A DNA stretch of 64,000 bases from contig NC_043002.1 of the NCBI RefSeq assembly GCF_006345805.1, positions 43,772,001 through 43,836,000 of the forward strand, read 5' to 3'. The first letter of the stretch is position 1. The number at the start of each line of letters is the position of its first letter. The notes below the pieces were generated by a model. The model searched no databases and had not been told where the DNA came from. It saw nothing but the letters and a program-made list of their open reading frames with translations. The translations under genes were made by a program, and so were the position numbers. This document shows positions 24,624 through 36,421 of this stretch, in pieces. The DNA comes from Octopus sinensis. Taxonomy: Eukaryota.

Positions 24624-25545
24624 GTGTATGATTAAGTTATGGAATGAAGTTCTACAAATCTAACCATATTTGTCAAAAATGGAGGAGATAAGATGTTAAA
24701 AAGTTGTAAGAAGTTTACTCATGCATATGATCCTTTCATACATAAATATAAATTCATTTTCAGAATTTGCAAATATCAAAGTACTCATCAGTGCAGAAAA
24801 ATAACAGAGCACAGAAGTTAGACGTATGAGTTTCGTGTCTATTTGTTGGTATCCCTGTGTAATAGTAACGGGATTCATGTCAGTTATTAAACCACAACTA
24901 ATGGATGAACTGTTAGAGGATGATATAAATATACTTTTCTACTTTAGCCACAAGGCAGAGTGGGGCAGTCAATTAGATCAAGCCCAAGTACACAACTGGT
25001 ACTTAATTTATTGACCCCAAAAGGATGAAAGGCAAAGTTGACCTCAGCAGAATTTGAACTCAGAAGGTAAAGAGAGATGAAATACTGCTAAGCAATTCGC
25101 CCAGCATGCTAATGTTTCTTATTTCTTTATTGCCCACAAGGGGCTAAGCATAGAGGGGACAAACAAGGACAGACAAAGGGATTAAGTCGATGAGATCAAC
25201 TCCAGTGCATAACTGGTACTTAATTTATTGACCCCGAAAGGATGAAAGGCAAAGTTGACCTCAGGAGAATTTGAACTCAGAACGTAAAGACAGATGAAAT
25301 TACACAGGGATAGCAACAAATAGACATAGGTCCAACTTCTCAGATCTTTTTTTTTTCAGTTCTTATTTTTTCTGCACTGATGAGTACTTTGATATTTGCA
25401 AATTCTGAAAAATGAATTTATATCTATGTGCGAAATGATTGTATGCATGAATAAACTTCATAGAACTTTTTAACATCTTTTCTCCTCCATTTTTGACAAA
25501 TATGGTTAGATTTGTAGAACTTCATTCTATGACTTAATCATACAC
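24624..25545. repeat. Inverted pair of about 240-bp arms (24624-24859 and 25303-25545) separated by two SINEs
   Basis: ...gtctatttgttggtatccctgtg|ta versus ta|cacagggatagcaacaaatagac..., alignable out to gtgtatgattaag / cttaatcatacac. Confidence 0.85.
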
Positions 25546-25556
25546 ACACACACACA

Positions 25557-28153
25557 CAAGTGTACCTCACCCTAAGTCGTTAATTGGAGACTCAACTTAA
25601 GTCGACTTGCTCATCTATAGGCTAGGCCTAACCTAGCCTAAAGTGCTAACAGCCATTCCTCAGTGCTGTACTTTATTTGTGAATGTATTTTCGAAAAGAC
25701 ATGGTCAATAAAGGCCCATTTTAAGTTTACAAACAAATGTATTTATTATTTTGTAACAGTAAAAAAGAAAAAAAAAACTTAAGTATTTTAAATTTACCAA
25801 TACATACAATTTGGTAATATTTACATTGCTAATAGCCATTCTCCAGGGCTATACTTTATTTATGAATGCATTTTCTATAAGACAGTTAATAAAAAACATT
25901 TTTTAAGCTTGCGAAGAAATAATCATTATTTTGTAATAAAGTAAAATAAAAAGTATCTTAAATTTACCAATATGTAAAGTTTGGTGGTGTTTACATTGTA
26001 GATGTAGATGTTCAAAGATCATTCACATCAGCATCATCAGCTGTTTCTGGCAGTTCTCGTTGTTGTTTGGTGTTTAAAAATCTGGTCAAGAGTGCCTTGA
26101 GCTGTCTTCTTTTTGTCAAGGATTATGTTTTAAGGGGCAAAAGCTTTGTGACAAGTCCCCATAATCTTGGAAAACCGTTGAGCATTTGGATCCATATATT
26201 TGAACATAGCAAGAACTTTTACGATATGTGCAAATGCTTGCTGCATTTTCTTAATGGTGAAGTGGCATGGTTCAGGTTTGACTTGCTTATCTTCTTTATT
26301 TTGTTGCTCATGAAGCTCCATTAAATCCTCATTCGTCAGGGGCTGCTTGTCTTTTTCAAATAAATCTGTGAAATCCATTTCCTCCAAATCCAATTCCAGC
26401 TCTTTGCTCATTGTCATGAATACTTTTTTGATAACAACATTATCAAAGCTCTTAAAATCATTCACAAATTGCGAGCATAGCTTCTTCCACACAGCATTCC
26501 TAGCCATCCTCTGAACATCATTCCATGCTGCTGCTATGTTCTGTACAGCTTTGTGGATGTCGTATCCCTTCCAAAAGTCACACAGTTTGACAGACTCATC
26601 AAAATCAGTAGCAAGTATTGCTTGCCGCAGTGTATGCTTCATATAGTAATACTTGAAGATAGCAATTATTCCCTGATCCATTGGTTGTAGAAGTAATGTG
26701 GTGTTTGGAGGGAGGTATGCGACGGAAACTTTGAGTTGAAAAGCTACAATGTTTTGTGGGTGGTCAAGAGCATTATTCAAGATAAGTGAAACCTTAAAAG
26801 GAACCCCCTTCTCCTTACAATATTTCTCTGCTGCTGGAATAAAATAATTAAAGAACCAATCTTCAAAGATAACAACAGTAACTTATGCATTTGAGTTAGC
26901 CATCCATATGACAGGTTGAGATGCCTAGGGTACGTTCTTCAGGACATGGGGGTTGTGTGCATGATACACAGGCAGTGGCATTAATTTTAAATCTCCTGCA
27001 CAATTACCTTCCAACATTATGGTCCCATGTTCCTTTGAGACCTTGTAACCTGGAATTGTTTTCTCCTCCTTGGAAATGAATGAATGATATGGCAATTTCT
27101 TCCAATATTACCCGTCTCATTTATGTTGAATATTTGCTCTGTAAGAAACCCATTTAATTTGATGATCTTCAATATTGCAGGAAATTTCACTGCTCTGTGT
27201 TCGTTAGCTGATGCACTTTCATCTTGCTTCTGAAGGAAGTGATAACTTCTCCAGTTTTTAAATCTCATAAACCATTCTTGACTTTCCTTGAGCTCTACAT
27301 CTTTCTAACCTAGATATTTTTTCCTTCAAGCCCTCAAACAAAGACAACACTTTCTCCAGAACAATTTCTTGACTAAGAGTAACATTCTGATGATTCTACC
27401 TCTCAATCTAAATAGAAGACTTTCCATTTCTTCAAAGATTTTCCTCTTTTCTTGTTGATGACAGTGTTCTTCATCCCTGGGGCTTCAGGTGTGATATGTG
27501 TTAAAATCTTGTCCGTATTATGCACAATCATCGATACAGTTGTCCAACTCACCCCAAAAGATCGTGTAATCACTACAACTTACTCACCTTTATCATGACA
27601 TTTTATCATTGCCAACTTATCCTCCAACGTTATAGCACGACACTTGGCACTTTCACCAGGACTTTTTTTAGGCAGCATGGGGACGAAAATCAAAGTTACA
27701 AATTAATGTAAATGATAGAATCTAAATGATAAACAGACATAAACAAACCTGAATTCAAAACAATCACTAGAATCATGCCCATGCCTAACAGAAGATATTG
27801 GAAATACCAGTGCAATATGAGCACTGAAAGATAGATAAATAAAGCAACACAGCTGATTTCATGATTTAGGGAACTAGGCTACACTACATTGGTGTTTGTT
27901 TTAGCATTTACTGTATTTTAATATGATTTTATACTCTTTTATTCTTCTTTATTGTAATATGATCTTATGTCCTTATAATGTTTTTTAGGGTTTTTATGAT
28001 TCCGATATTACTGGCGGACTGACATAAAGTCGAGTAAAACAACTTAACTTGATTTATATTTTACCATATATTAATTTTGAAGTCCAATGTATCTTCAAGA
28101 TCAACTTAAGTCAAAATGACCTAAGTCGAAACAATTAAGCCAAGGTATCCCTG
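25557..28153 (-). mobile_element. Tigger/pogo-like transposon with a frameshifted TIGD1-like transposase
   Basis: LPPNTTLLLQPMDQGIIAIFK (26130-26780), ESASANE...FPAIL...QIFNINETG (27017-27268). The right end is ggtatccctg|ta and the left TIR is degenerate. Confidence 0.9.
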
Positions 28154-29289
28154 TATATGTGTGTGTAAATATATATATATATGTATCATCATCATCATCA
28201 TCATTTAATGTCCGTTTTCCGCGCTAGCACGGGTTGGACGGTTCAACCAGAGTCTGGGAAGCCAGGGCTGCACCAGGCTCCAGTCTGATCTGGCAGTGTT
28301 TCTACAGCTGGATGCCCTTCCTAACGCCAACCACTCCGCGAGTGTAGTGGGTGCTTTTTACGTGCCGCCTGCACAGGTGCCAGGGGGGGGGGGGTCTGGC
28401 ATCGGCCACGATCGGTTGGTGCTTTTAACGTGCCACCAGCACGGAAGCCAGCCAGGGCGGCGCTGGCATTGGCCACGTTCGGATGGTGCTTTTTATGTGC
28501 CACCGGCACAAAAGCAGTGCATGAATCTCTAAAAGAACCTTCCATTATTTTCTACTGTCTACATTTTTATAAAAGTCATATTTAGCTGTTCAGTAGCATT
28601 ATCATAGGAGTACAATGACACTGGCACAATTGACCAATCATGGTTAGCATATTATGTAGTTGAATGCCAAGAGGTTGCTAGCCAATAACACTTGGAGAAA
28701 GCTGTCTGACATTTTTGTCTCAAAATTTTTGCACAATATATGCTCTTCCTTTGGCAAAAAAGAACTATTTTACTGTATTTAATATTGACAGCTGTCAGTT
28801 TTGCAATAAAGTGGCTGAAATCTGATTGCAAAGAATGTAGAATTATCAATAAGATTGTGACAAAGTTAGAAATTAAACTTTACGTGATGTACAGTCACTT
28901 GTTGCAGCATAGCCACTTGAAGATTTGTTATCCCAGCCCACAAGAAATATAATTTGTATAATTAGAATAACAAATTATTTCTTTGTGTTACGTGTCTTTA
29001 TTGTGAAAGTTTAAAGAACAGATGTATTATGTTTCAAAACTGACTGAAGCTAGAATAGTTATATAGATTTTATTACAAAATATTATATCTACATAACACA
29101 CGTTTATGTAATACTTCAACCCCAGATTAAACAACTCCAGGTTGAGCTGTCCTGTGGTCAAGGAAATTCTTGCCATGGTCATCTTGCTTTTCTCTATTTC
29201 AATCATAGATCTACATTCCAATATATCCATATTTAAGATGTTAGGGTGTGAGTTGAAGGGAATTTAACTGCTATTTCTAACTGACTGAG

Positions 29290-30480
29290 CAACTTTGTAG
29301 AGGTTCTCTTGATAGTGGTTGTATCAGTGGTTGTAGTGGTTATGATGTTACTGACGGTGGTGGCTGTGGTGAATGTAATATAGCATTGTTGATGGTTGTG
29401 ATCTTGGTTTTGTTTTTGTTGTAAGTGGTTGTGGCAGTATTCTGATCTTGATCTGACTCTACCTGTAAAATTACCACCTCAGGTGTTGCTACCTCAAGAT
29501 TCATCCCCTCAGGACACCTCACCTGAATAATTATTGTTCTCTTGCAAAGTGGCATTAGTTGTGAAAGTGGTGATGGTAGTGGTTTTAGTGTTGTTGTTGG
29601 GTGGGGATTATTGTGATGATGTATCAGTGAAATGTGAGTGCGTTCTGAACCCAATCTTGCCCCCATTACACCTGAAAAATTACCCGCCCTTCCCAGTGTT
29701 GCTTTGTGAAGATTCATCCCCCACAAGACATCACATCAAAAGAATCATCACCCTGGTGAAGTCTGAGGTAATGACTCTTCATTTGTTGCTTCTCATAAAG
29801 TGAAACAAAACTTTCTGGGAGAAGTTGGTGTCATCTGATTTACATCCTTTTGTAAAAGAAGACTGTAACATGAAAGCAGTGGCTTATTTAACTTGATTAA
29901 GTGTTGGAACCTGTCATTATTTGTAGTGATGAGAAAGAAGACAGTTACAAAGGTTAAAAGGAGGAGAGTAACAGTGGAGGCTAATAGGAAACTATTTGCA
30001 AAGTTGATTTTTTTGTTTATATATTGTGTATATTTACTGTTTCATCCTGTTACCGCTAACTTTTGCTACTGAACAAAGTACTCTGTTTAAGGCAAATCCA
30101 CAAGTCGTCACTCATTGGAAAGAAAGTTTTTGTAGACATAAATAGCCATGATCATGTTGCAACAACTACTTCTATACTTTGTGCTCTTGTGGTCTTCAGT
30201 CTTTTAGCAAAGTTTAGTGAAAATAGCTGCAAGGACCAAGGGAAATATAAACAATGCCTTTATTATTATTTCCCCCACAGCTACCTCTGACACTGGCTCA
30301 ACTGTTGCCACCATCATCACTAGCACTTATTGCACTGGAATGGTGAATATTCTGGTGAATATTTGTCTCAGTTTTGATGATAATTCACTCTATTTGCAAT
30401 TGAATTTCAGCTACTTTGCTACAGAATCAACAACTATCATTATTAAATGAAGAAAAGAAAATTGCCGAAGGCATGACATG
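29290..30480 (-). pseudogene. Decayed low-complexity RG/RS- and Q/T-rich coding-like sequence of unknown origin
   Basis: The minus frame reads S*GDES*GSNT*GGNFTGRVRSRSE..., where the stops are TGA in CGA-like contexts. It includes an internal duplication of ggggatgaatctt...agcaacac...ggtaatttt.cagg. Strand is inferred. Confidence 0.3.
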
Positions 30481-31522
30481 CATTATACAGAAAGTTGATG
30501 AAATTTGGACTGCTTTCCCTGTGTGCATATCTGCACATGATGGCATCCTGGTTTTCAACCACATGCTATATTTGTAATTGATCAATTGCTTTAACGAGGT
30601 TATTGTACTTCTCTGCCAATGCTACATGTTTGACTTAAATAAAAATATGGACAATCAGAAATAATAGAAAATCTTTGATTTTTTTTGTTTCTTACAGATT
30701 AACATGTAACTTTTATTGGCAACAATCAATTTTGAGACATATAAAGTTTTGCAAATTATTATGTACAGATAAAGTTGTTCACTGTGTTGTGTGAAAACTT
30801 TAAAAAAATCAGTCTGTAATTAGGTAATCAGCAAATGACTTAACTGCCTATTTTTGTATTTTGCTTCATAATACAGTTTTTTTTATGTTTTTTGTTGGAA
30901 AGACTTTTGTCTTGTGTCTCTATAAAAAATTTGGACTTGGCATTGAGTCCTGTGCATTTCAGCTAATGCTGTGCTTTTTCATTAACCACTTCCACTCTGC
31001 CTAATCTATTGGCCATGTAGAGAATTTTCTTGGCTATGTCATAGCATCACATTTTGCAGTCCTGTTTTAAATTTTGGCTTTGGTTTTTTTTCTTAAATAG
31101 ATTCTCTAATTATTTTTCTATCCTCCTTACAACTGTTTACCACCCCAGCCTGTCTTTTTCTATTTTTTTAGATTTCATAAAAGTTGTAAAAACATTTTGT
31201 AACTATTTCTAGTTATTTTCTCTTTATTCCTTATTAGATAAAAAAGCTTGCAAAATTAATAAATTAGAACTACTTATTGTCCAGTACAGACTATTACTAA
31301 TTTCCTTGAATTACTCTTTTACTTGTTTCAGTCATTTGACTGCGGCCATGCTGGAGCACCGCCTTTAATCAAGCAACTTGACCCCGGGACTTATTCTTTT
31401 GTAAGCCCAGTACTTATTCTATCGGTCTCTTTTGCCGAACCACTAAGTAACGGGGACATAAACACACCAGCATCGGTTGTCAAGCAATGCTAGGGGGACA
31501 AACACAGACACACACACACACA

Positions 31523-31560
<38 letters not shown>

Positions 31561-31999
31561 TACGACGGGCTTCTTTCAGTTTCCGTCTACCAAATCCACT
31601 CACAAGGTTTTGGTCGGCCCGAGGCTATAGTAGAAGACACTTGCCCAAGGTGCCACGCAGTGGGACTGAACCCGGAACCATGTGGTTGGTAAACAAGCTA
31701 CTTACCACACAGCCACTCCTGCGCCTATTGTTTTTCTTTGAACAGTATTATAATATTGAAGTCGATACAGGAAAAGCATGGAGATAGAGATGGGGAGCTC
31801 CTTGAGAATATTTCTCTTCTGTTAAGAATCAGTTTTATTGTTACAGCTCTCTCTCTCCCTCTTCAACTTGGTATATTTGTTTTCCATTTACTCATGTTAT
31901 CTTTTTGATATACCTGCTTGTTAATCATCCTTATTCAGGACTACAGTTCTAGAATACAAGTGGAGAAAATATCATAAACAAAATGTTAATTAATCCATG

Positions 32000-33150
32000 C
32001 TCAGACCCACATTTCTTCAATTATAAAACTTTATTGATTAATAACTGATCTTTACATTAGTATGAACCTTTGCAACATTTCTTTCATTTTCAAAGTATTT
32101 TCCCTCATATTGAGGCTCTTATTGAATAAATTATAGCCTGTAATTATTCTTTGTTTTGGTGATAGTTAAGTCGTGTCATCAATTTTTAAGGATTAAGATT
32201 TTCTTTTTTTCTTTTTTGTTTTCTTAGTAAAGCATTCTAGAGATGCTTCTGGGGTTTTTTCTGTAGATAAGTGTATATTTTTGCAAGTATTTTGTGAATG
32301 CTTATTAGATATTTTAACCAGAAGTTTGTCATTTCCATCTGCTCTCTAGTTGTTCACTGTTATCTGGACTACTTTCCAGTTCGTTATTTCTTTGTACAAT
32401 TATTCTGCTATTGAATTTTTGCTGTTTTTAACATTCTCACCCTTGCGAATATATCTTGTTCAAATTCTTCCCCTAAAACCTTCTAATTCTCTTGCTGTTG
32501 GCACTGCATTTATTTCTGTTTATTTTTACCTACGTCTTGGTAAAATCGATTCAGTTTGGAGTCAAACTGTTTGTTTTGCTCCTAGAGATGTCATCACACT
32601 TCGTTCTCTTTTTTTCTTTTTGCAGCCATTCTTTTTTATATTTGTTTATGTGGATCACTTGTTTTGATTATGCATTTGCTTTACACATTATTTACTTGGG
32701 TTTAGATATTCTTCTACGAGAAATTTTGAGGAAGTATCCACCCTTGTTTCTGACATCTGCAGATACTGAATGGATTACTTGATTTACTCAGGTGGTATTT
32801 GATGTTCACATCTGTTTTCACTATGTCTGTGATGGTTCATTTTGCCTATCTTATTATTATTGTTTATACTTTATCATTAAGGTTTATCTTTGGTGGCTGT
32901 TTTGCTCATCTTTTGAAAGATTTATCGATTTGGATTCTATAACTATTTCAGTCGTTATCTTATTCTTACATTCAAACTTACCACCTTTAGATTGTTCTAC
33001 TCTTAGATCTTCATCAAGTTTTCTTTTTTTCATATTTTCCATTGGTGTAATTCTGTAATTCTGATTTAATGTTTTTGTTGCTATTTTAGGAATGTTTTAG
33101 GTTTTAACTTTATTGTGCTTTGTTATATTTCTTTTATATTTTGTTCTGCT
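32000..33150 (-). mobile_element. Decayed non-LTR retrotransposon, R4/Dong-like
   Basis: A-rich minus strand with NWK (32371-32381) and NFWLKYLISIHKILAKIY (32280-32330), resembling the pre-RT region of restriction-endonuclease LINEs. Confidence 0.5.
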
Positions 33151-34256
33151 TTCATATGTCTTTTGTGTTGCGTTTATGCTATCTTCAAGTTGTTTTTTTT
33201 TATGCACACAGATGTAGCTGTGAGGTTAAGATGCTTGTGATTTCAGGTTCAGTTCCACTGTGTAGTACCTTGGGCAAATTTCTTCTACTCTTGCCCTGGC
33301 CTGACTAATGCATTGTAAATGAATTTAGTTGACAGAAACTGTGCGGAAGCCTGTTGTGTGTGTGAGTATGTGTATGTGTGTGTGATATAATTAAACTAGA
33401 TCCCTGCCCCAAAATTTCAGGTCTTGTCTCTATAGTACAAAGGATTATAAGTGTAAGCTCTGGTCATCTTATTTAGAAGGTACAATATACCTGTAGATTA
33501 ACTTGTATGGATATAGCATCATTTTCTTATATTTATTCATATTTATTTGTTGAATTTGAAGAGTAAAGGCTATTTTTTTTATTTAGAATGTCATCTTTTT
33601 TTTACTGTCATCAGTTATTACTTTTGTTTTCTGAAATTTTCACACATTTTACAAATCAAAATTTGCATTCTTCTTTCGCAAGTGAAATGAAGCAGTATTT
33701 GCTTGTATTGTATTGTCATACTTTATTTCAGGTCGACATTGTCTAGTATTGATTTGTCAGGATCTTCATTAGAGTGTTTACATCTGGTAGCTAATCAACA
33801 ATTAGTACAACCTTTAAAAGTACATTATTTGTATTAGACAAAATTATATAAATCTAAAATAATAAGTTGACGTATTATTCAAATGGGTATTTTTCCATTA
33901 CTTATGGTTTGTTTACTTGTTTGTTTGTTTTCCTTTGTTGATATTTTGTCACTGTTAATGAATAGTCTTCTGGGCAATGATGTAGTAATGTCTGTTATTA
34001 TTCAGTTTGATATTATATCTTAATCTGATGCTCTTTTCTCAACCTTTATACAGAGACTTAACAAAGTCATTTGAACATCGGACAAAATGTTTTGTGGTGT
34101 TTATTTCAGCTCTTTCCTTATTATTATCATTTTTTTTTTTGAGTTCAAATACTACCAAAGTTAATCTCTACCTTTCATCCTTCCATGTTTGTTGCTAAAA
34201 TAATATAACAGTCAAGTACTACAGTTGGTCTAAGTGACTATTCCTCTCCCTCCTCA

Positions 34257-34443
34257 CCTGGGAACTGTTTCATACCACCTCTTATATTATCATTAACATA
34301 TATACATACATATATGGATGTACATATTTATACTTCCCTCCTGGTTTTGTAATTATTTTTGTGACCTGTTTAATACTAATAATAATGATAATTGTTTCAA
34401 ATTTTGGCACAAGGCTAGCAATTCTGGGGGATGAGGTGAGTTG
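34257..34443 (+). repeat. Direct copy of 35572-35765 (mariner right end plus flank)
   Basis: ggaactgttt(c/g)ataccacctcttatattatc...caattctgggggatgaggtgagttg is present in both places. Confidence 0.92.
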
Positions 34444-34555
34444 TAGGGTGCCTGGCCTACTTAGTTGGTGGTCTCTCACTCCTCTATTGGTGGTTTTTCC
34501 TTATTTATATTAATTTGTATTTATTTTTGGTAATAATTTTTAACCTGTTTTAATA

Positions 34556-35596
34556 TGAGGTGGTATCAAAAAGTTCCCGGACTACTTGCGTTTAATAATA
34601 AAAAAAAAAATGACCTACTTACCCAAGTTTTAACATCATATCCTTCAAAATAGTCACCTTGCACAACAGTACACCGGTCCCAGTGTTGCTGCCATTTTTG
34701 GAATCTGGCCTGGAAGACATTTTCCATTAGCAAGTCAAGGATCTTCTGTGATTCACTCTGGATCTCAACAACAGTACTAAAACTGTGACCCTTGAGCTGC
34801 ATTTTCATCTTAGGGAAGAGAGGAAGCTCACAGGGGCTAAATCTGGTAAATAGGGCAGGTGCAGAAGCGATACCATGTTGTTTTTGGTGAGAAACTCATG
34901 AGTGGGGAGAGCTCAGTGCCAGGGTGCATTGTCGTTGTGAAGAATTCAATTCATCATGCCTCCAAAGATCCAGTCACTTTCACTGTCCTCAGTGGCACGC
35001 TGATGGAGATCTTCACAGACCCTGACACAATGTTCTTTCTGCTCAGTGGTCAGCAAGTGGGGGACAAACTTGGCAGAAACATGCCACTTGTTCATTTCAG
35101 ATGTTAGGATTGCTTGCATGGACCCATATGACAGACAAACAACATCAGTGATGTCATTGATTGTCCTCCAATGATCCGCATGCACAAGCTGATTAATTTT
35201 CTCCGTATTTCCAGGTCTTCCAGATCACTCCTTGTCTTCTAGGGATGGTCTTCTGCTTTTCAAATGCCTGTGTCCCTTGAAACATTGTGTACAACCCATT
35301 GCCTTGTCACCATAAGCTTGCTAAAATATTCACAATGTCTTTAAACCAGATTTTTCAAGTTTAATGCAAAATTTCATGTTGGCTCTTTGTACCAACTTCC
35401 TGTCCATGACAAAATCACAGACTATGGTATACACATGATCACAAAAGCACAAATTTCACAACTTGTAAACACAGCGATGTCACTCAGCACACTGCCTCAT
35501 GAAGGTCACTGCTAGCTCTCACTGTGCATGCAACCGTGTGCTGCCATCTGCTAGCATACTACAGAACTAGTCCGGGAACTGTTTGATACCACCTCT
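34556..35596 (-). mobile_element. mariner transposon, internally deleted
   Basis: TA-flanked TIRs tgaggtggtatcaaaaagttcccggac / gtccgggaactgtttgataccacctct. Fragments RTINDI...VSAKFVPHLLTTEQK and FQKWQQHWDRCTVVQGDYFEG. Confidence 0.92.
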
Positions 35597-36239
35597 TATA
35601 TTATCTTTAACATATATACATATATATACACATATATGTATGTATATATTTATACTTCCCTTCTGGTTTTGTAATTATTATTGTGACCTGTTTAATACTA
35701 ATAGCAATGATAACTGTTTCAAGTTTTGGCACAAGGCCAGCAATTCTGGGGGATGAGGTGAGTTGACTACATCAATCCTTATGTTCAATTAGTACTTATT
35801 TCATTGTCCTCCAAAGGATGAAAGACAAAGTTGACCTTGGCGTAATTCGAAATCAGAATGTAAGTAGCTAGAAGAAATTCTGCTAAATATTTTCTATGAC
35901 ATGCTAACAATTCTGTCAGTAGTAGTAATATACCATAAAAGCCCATGTAATTTGTGCACCTGTGTAATTTACACAGGTGATTTTCTGGATAAAAATTGTT
36001 AAAAAAAAGCTTCTACTCATGTAGAATTCACACCCAAAAGTTTTCAGACTTGTCAATATGGCCAGGGGGAAAAGGTTTTCAGTTTAGCTATATTTAGTAT
36101 AATTTCACTTGCTTATGATTAAATTTTATTAAATTTTCATTAAATAAAAATAATTTCTGTTTAACAGGTATCACATTGAAAGCTATTAAATTACAAAGTG
36201 TTTGTGTTGTTTATCATAAACTTTATTTTACATTTCCTG

Positions 36240-36421
36240 CCCACAAGAGATTGCGTCCGATCTTTAGCATACTTCTGTATGTCTTCTCAAATCACGACCA
36301 CAGGAACAGTTATTGATAATTCTTATCGACAAAAACAAAGTTGATAAATACACACCGGTGTTGCAGCTGGGATGACACTTTACTCAACTGATAGAAGAAG
36401 GTAACCGATCAAACTGATTAT
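36240..36421 (+). promoter_or_regulatory. Possible promoter / non-coding first exon
   Basis: Unique, non-repeat stretch with several retained CpGs and two donor-like sites (gaag|gtaacc at 36401, tat|gtaagc at 36422). There is no direct evidence of transcription. Confidence 0.22.

Noticed and set aside
25370-25430. CTGATGA...GAAA as a second hammerhead
   Set aside because: Stem II pairs poorly and no adjacent stem I closes the core.
28296-28545. Recurrent short ORFs (MFLQLDALPNANHS..., MFRWCFL..., MSSNARGTNT...)
   Set aside because: These are translations of SINE and retroposon copies and of microsatellites, not genes.
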